From: Macrostomum lignano
Taxonomy: Eukaryota
Length of the DNA: 64,000 nucleotides
Assembly (NCBI GenBank): GCA_002269645.1
Contig: NIVC01002133.1
Span: 1-64,000, forward strand
Direction: 5' to 3'
The notes beneath the pieces are model-generated. The model was not told the origin of the DNA. It ran no database searches and saw only the letters and a list, made by a program, of their open reading frames with translations. The position numbers and the translations under genes are program-made. Below are positions 38,501 to 64,000 of this stretch, one piece after another; positions within the stretch are counted from its first letter, which is position 1; the number at the start of each line of letters is the position of its first letter.

Positions 38501-39566
38501 TTCTGGTGTCCGACAGGTAGGGATCATTGGATAGATTGGGATCTCTGTCAGGCAGGTTGGGTCAGGCAGGTTGGGATCTCTGACAGGTTTGGATCTCTTA
38601 CAGGTTGGGATCTCTAACGGTTTGGGATCTCTGACAGGTTGGGATCTCTAACGGTTTGGGATCTCTAACGGTTTGGGATCTCTGACAGGTTGGGATCTCT
38701 GACGGTTTGGGATCTCTGACGGTTTGGGATCTCTAAAAGGTTGGGATCTCTAACAGGTTGGGATCTCTGACGGTTGGGATCTTTAACAGGTTGGGATCTC
38801 CGACAGGTTGGGATCTCTAACAGGTTGGGATCTCCGACAGGTTAGGATCTCTAAAAGGTTGGGATCTCTAACAGGTTGGGATCTCTAACAGGTTGGGATC
38901 TCTGACGGTTTGGGATCTCTGACAGGTTGGGATCTCTAACGGTTTGGGATCTCTGACAGGTTGGGATCTCTAACGGTTTGGGATCTCTAACGGTTTGGGA
39001 TCTCTGACAGGTTGGGATCTCTGACGGTTTGGGATCTCTGACGGTTTGGGATCTCTGACGGTTTGGGATCTCTAAAAGGTTGGGATCTCTAACAGGTTGG
39101 GATCTCTGACGGTTGGGATCTTTAACAGGTTGGGATCTCCGACAGGTTAGGATCTCTAACAGGTTGGGATCTCTAACGGTTTGGGATCTCTAACGGTTTG
39201 GGATCTCTGACAGGTTGGGATCTCCGACAGGTTGGGATCTCTGACAGGTTGGGATCTCCGACTCTTGGGTATTATGGGGAAGGTTTGGATTCTCTGACAG
39301 GTTCAGGTTGGGATTATTTTACAGGGTAGGATGTTGGGTCAGATCGCAGCCATAACTTGGCATGGACTCTGAGAGTGAATCGCGAATTCCCTCGCCCCAT
39401 TTCCCTCCAGATGCCGGAGGTCAGCTACTCGATGGAGGAGCCTGGGGCCAAGCAGCTGGGCAAGGCGAAGATCTTCCTGCTGCAGAATGTCGGCCTGTTC
39501 GCCGGCTTCGGCGCAGTGCTGACGCTGGCCATCTACGGCGGCAACATTCAGCTTGGCGGAGAGTGA
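32541..39566 (+). CDS. SLC39A14: ZIP8/ZIP14-like (LIV-1 subfamily, SLC39) metal transporter, paralog B; start uncertain
   Basis: Exons 32541-32710, 32911-33100, 35039-35208, 35746-35970, 36791-37060, 37928-38473 and 39411-39566. Same motifs as paralog A, with an extra exon in the His-containing cytoplasmic loop (KHQHSHQQ). Confidence 0.88.
33780..34075. repeat. 25-bp minisatellite (AATCAATATATTCCTCGAGTGCAGA)
   Basis: About 11 copies in ZIP-B intron 2. Confidence 0.92.
35225..35612. repeat. 31-bp purine-rich minisatellite (GGGCTGAAGGGGAGATGGGGAAGAGGAGACT)
   Basis: Fills ZIP-B intron 3. Confidence 0.92.
36040..36610. repeat. 17/19-bp minisatellite (ATCAGATCCCTGAGGATGT)
   Basis: ZIP-B intron 4. 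Confidence 0.92.
37120..37680. repeat. 22-bp dimeric minisatellite (GGCTGGGATCTTGGGAGTCATA / GGCTGGGATTTTGAGATTCATA)
   Basis: Alternating A/B units in ZIP-B intron 5. Confidence 0.92.
38480..39300. repeat. 17-bp minisatellite (GTTGGGATCTCTGACAG) in the last intron of ZIP-B
   Basis: Same family as 23455-24300, opposite orientation. Confidence 0.95.
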
Positions 39567-39699
39567 CGGAGGGCCGCCCTGTTCAGTCCTGACTGTGTGG
39601 GCAGCTGAAGCTGGAGGCGTTGTTCTTGAGCATCGGGCCAGTTTTGCTCCAAGTTAAATACATAGGCGCGAATTTCGCTTCCTTTGAGCTGTATTGAAT

Positions 39700-40045
39700 G
39701 GAGTTTGGCCATAGAAAGATTCTGTCGAGACAGATTTGGCCATAGACAGATTTGGCCATAGACAGATTTGGCCATAGACAGTTTCGGTCGAGACAGATTT
39801 GGCCATAGAAAGATTCGGTTGAGACAGATTTGGCCATAGACAGATTTGGCCATAGACAGATTCGGTTGAGACAGATTAGGCCATAGACAGATTCGGCCAT
39901 AGACAGATTTGGCCATAGACAGATTTGGTCGAGACAGATTTGGCCATAGACAGATTCGGTTGAGACACATTTGGCCATTGACATTTGGCCATAGACAGAT
40001 TTGGCCAGAGACAGATTCGGTGAGACAGATTTCGCCATAGACAGA
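39700..40045. repeat. 16-bp-based minisatellite (AGACAGATTTGGCCAT)
   Basis: Tandem copies downstream of ZIP-B. Confidence 0.9.
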
Positions 40046-40653
40046 TCGGCGCGCTAGAAAAAGTACATTAAAGGGACAGGAACAACAAAAAATTTCACCA
40101 ATGAATTTTGCAGCGAAATTGTAGCAGCCTTCCGCTTCAACTGCCCGCCTGAAGGTGTCGGTTGGCATCTGTGTTTTAGCAGTGGAAGCTATTTTTAACT
40201 AGAATGGAATTCTTTTTTAAGGGTTTTATTGTCATACTGTTTTGCATCATTTTTGCATGAAAATATCCGCGTGTTGTCAGCAGTAACTTTGCTAATTGCA
40301 AATTTTTTTATTGAAGTCTTCAGCCGGCATTCGAAGTCATTGCTGATAGTCGATAAACACCTGGATTTATGATTTATTCCAAACTTTGCGCTAATGCGGC
40401 TGGTTTGCTTGATGAAACAATTTTTTTCTTTTTTTCCTATTGATAAGCTTGTATGTGGCCTGCAATTCTGTTGAAGTTCTGTCATTTTATGTTTTTTCTC
40501 TTGTCGCCTTTTAAATTTTTGTGTAGCTAGCAGCTGCTTCTGGAGGTTTTTTTATTGATCCTCTTGAATTGATTTGATTTTGCAATATTTCTCTGGTTTA
40601 TGAATTGTACTTATGGCTTCATTGTCTCCAGCTTTTATGGGATGCTTGAATTT

Positions 40654-41012
40654 TAACCATAACCCTAGCCCTAGCCATAGCCCTAGCCTTAACCCTAGCC
40701 CTAGCCATAGCCTTAGCCCTAACCCTAGCCATAGCCCTAGCCCTAACCCTAGCCCTAGCCATAGCCCTATCCCTAGCCCTAGCCCTAGCCATAACCCTAG
40801 CCGTAGCCATAGCCATAGCCATAACCCTAGACATAGCCCTAGTCATAACCCTAGACATAACCCTAGTCATAGCCCTAGACATAACCCTAGCCCTAGACAT
40901 AACCCTAGCCCTAGCTATAACCCTAGCCATAGCCATAACCTTAGCCATAGCCATAACCCTAGCCATAGCCCTAGCCCTAGCCCTAGCCAAAACTTTAGCC
41001 CTAGCCATAGCC
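40654..41012. repeat. Degenerate telomere-like hexamer array (CCCTAG/CCATAG/CCCTAA)
   Basis: 6-bp periodicity; variants of CCCTAA. Confidence 0.85.
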
Positions 41013-42599
41013 CAACCAGCCTATTATTGCATACAATGAGATCAAGTCTAGCCCCAATAAAAAATTCAAGCATCCAATCATGACGAAGCATTAGGGAGGA
41101 CTATTCACAAGCTATAAATCACCTTATCACCGCGTGTCTCCCTGCTCTCCACTGCATTGTGGAGAGCATTTTTCAGACAGTTGGACCAATGGAATCTTGA
41201 AACTTTCTGATGCTTTTTGTCCATTCTGCGCTCTGCTTTAGATTAGATTTTGGTTAGAGGGTTTAGCACTCTAGCGATCTTTTTTTAATTAGCTTTTTCA
41301 GCTACTGTTAGTAGAACAGCTGCACATTTTTCCGTTTTTGTGTAGTATTATTTCGGTACATATAAATGTTAATTTGCTGTGATTTTCAATGCCAATAAAG
41401 AAAATTTCAGCAACTTTGAATTGGTTGTGCTCAATTTCTAAACTTAATTAGTCCTTGATTACGGTAATAAATCACTAGTAGTAAATCACTATTAATAAAT
41501 CATTAACCATGTCGTAATTTCGTTTTGAGGAATGTTATATCCTCTCTACGCTACTCTTGAATTTTGCTGGCTAAGTAGCCAGTTGCAGCTATTAGTTTTA
41601 TTTTTTAATTGGTGGGTTCTGCAAAAGCAGCAATTCATAAAGAGAATTGGTGCGAGGTGCCTCAGCTCAGATTGAATGCGCCCTCAAGTGCTTCGGCTGC
41701 CCTCTGGGACCTGACCTCCTCATTCACCAGATTGCTTGTGCGCAGCTCAGTTATGGAAGCGCTGAAGTCCATGGAGAGCAGCTCTTCCATTGCTGGCAAC
41801 GGTATTAAAGATGGGAGAGATTTTCTGAGTGCATGGCAATGTTTATGCAAATTGAACTGGATATCCACTGAGTCTGTCTGCCAGTTAGTACTTCTGGGTT
41901 GGGCTCTTTAGTATATCTATCTGGCAGACAGACAATAAACAAACGGACACAGACATGGACAGACGGGCAGACAGTCAAACAGGCAGATGCAGACAGACGG
42001 ACAGGCAGACAAACAGACACACAAAGACAGACAGACATACAAAGACAGACAGACGCAGGTTGAATGAAGGCAATACACCAGTTTTGAAAACTTTATAGAT
42101 AGTGTCAATATATACGAGTACTATGTTTATTAATTTCAGGACAATAAATCTTCGAAATCAGTCGCAAGTCGCGGCTATTCAGTTGGAGTTTTACGAGTAA
42201 CAGAAACAACCGGCTGAAGAAATAATTGATTTTACGGGAAGCGACTCTATTAGTAAAGTTTTTCGCAGTTGGGAGTTCAAACAGAGGCATAATGGGAAAT
42301 GTTAAACCCGCTTCGGTCGTACTTTTAAGTTTATTGCATCGGCGGAATTTCAGTCCAGATTGATAGGACTTAAAATCTGTTGCTCATAAAGTAGAAAAAA
42401 GCAGCTAGTATCGAAGGAGCAGGGTTTAACTCTAAAGCAAACATGGGGAAACTCGTGCATGAGCTCGGCTATCTGTACAGGCATGGCCCAGATTTTAACA
42501 CCGAGGGCATTTGGCTTATTGTCTCATTTGTCCTTTGGGTCAGCCTTGCTTGCTTAAACACTGCTAAGCGTTCATTTACGAGATTTTTTCTGTTTCTGC

Positions 42600-43100
42600 T
42601 CATTGAGTCACCCAGACACTCGTTGAGTCACCCAATCAGACACTCGTGTTGAGTCACCCAATCAGACACTCGTGTTGAGTCACCCAATCAGACACTCGTT
42701 GAGTCACACAATTAGACAACCGTTGAGTCACCCAATCAGACACTCATTGAGTCACCCAATTAGACAACCGTTGAGTCACCCAATCAGACACTCATTGAGT
42801 CACCCAATTAGACAACCGTTGATGAGTCACCCAATCAGACACTCATTGAGTCACCCAATCAGACACTCGTGTTGAGTCACCCAATCAGACACTCGTGTTG
42901 AGTCACCCAATCAGACACTCGTTGAGTCACCCAATCAGACACTCGTTGAGTCACCCAATCAGACACTCGTTGAGTCACCCAATCAGACACTCGTTGAGTC
43001 ACCCAATCAGACACTCGTTGAGTCACCCAATCAGACACTCGTTGAGTCACCCAGTCAGACACTCGTTGAGTCACCCAATTAGACACCCGTTGAGTCACTC
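42600..43100. repeat. 24-bp minisatellite (TTGAGTCACCCAATCAGACACTCG) just downstream of the Nav2 stop
   Basis: About 20 copies. Confidence 0.93.
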
Positions 43101-43191
43101 GGCACTCATTTAATCCCAACATGCGCTCATGAGCACACGGCTTCACTCCTCAAGCAAGCGGAATTGAGTACAGGAGGGCCAGGCTGCTTAG

Positions 43192-63387
<20,196 letters not shown>

Positions 63388-63534
63388 CTGCGAGGTTGGG
63401 CAAATTAAACAGGGCCTTTGTGATTTTGAGTTATCATTGTCTGAAGGGTCGTGTGGGAACCCGGATTCCTCTAATGGAGACTATTTTTGACTATTAAATC
63501 GCGTGACTAGGTTTAGACAAAATGAAAAATATCA

Positions 63535-63960
63535 CGCGACTCGGTCTTACAACAGATCACGTGACTAGGTCTAGGCAAACAGATCACGTGACTAGGTTTA
63601 TAAAACAGATCACGTGACTCGGTTACACAACAGATCACGTAATTAGGTTTACACAACAGATCACGTGACTAGGTTTACACAACCGATCACGTGACTAGGT
63701 TTATAAAAAAGATCACGTGACTAGGTTTATAAAACAGATCACGTGACTAGATTTAGACAAACAGATCACGTGACTAGGTTTATAAAAAAGATCACGTGAC
63801 TAGGTTTACACAACCGATCACGTGACTAGGTTTACACAACCGATCACGTGACTAGGTTTATAAAACAGATCACGTGACTAGGTTTACACAACAGATCACG
63901 TGACTAGGTTTACACAACCGATCACGTGACTAGGTTTATGCAAACAGATCTCGTGACTCG
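63535..63960. repeat. About 26-bp minisatellite (AACAGATCACGTGACTAGGTTTACAC) with an E-box in each unit
   Basis: About 16 copies containing TCACGTGA. Confidence 0.92.
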
Positions 63961-64000
63961 CAACAATCGATATTGATAGCAGGAGAGTCGGCGGGGTGAA

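Noticed and set aside
40195-40485. 96-aa basic ORF, possible transposase fragment
   Set aside because: No recognisable motif, and no matching partner TIR found for CATAGGCGC at 39661.

Overview
Eukaryotic (animal) genomic DNA with GC-rich exons and introns filled with gene-specific minisatellites. This style and the TTAGGG tracts suggest a free-living flatworm such as Macrostomum, which is an inference. I reconstructed these genes by hand from GT/GC-AG junctions with consistent phases: an APBB/Fe65-family WW-PTB-PTB adaptor (+, 5572-9336, first exon not found); an 88-aa signal-peptide/single-TM microprotein (+, 12746-13012); an orphan class A GPCR (-, 16556-18942); two divergently oriented ZIP8/14-type (SLC39, EEXPHE) metal transporter paralogs (-, 21995-27432 and +, 32541-39566); and a Nav2-type (DEEA filter) voltage-gated cation channel (-, 43192 to beyond 63387, 5' end outside the window). 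The window also holds several non-autonomous DNA transposons with clear TIRs and TSDs, a tRNA-derived SINE family and about 30 tandem arrays. Three observations stand out. (1) Two sharply bounded AT-rich, CpG-void blocks, one of which aligns to an intact neighbouring copy with mostly C>T/G>A (CG>TA) changes, resembling RIP-like or methylation-driven hypermutation. (2) A 481-bp near-identical tract shared between the otherwise diverged inverted ZIP paralogs, covering their metal-binding core. (3) Intronic minisatellites whose units repeat the adjacent splice signals.
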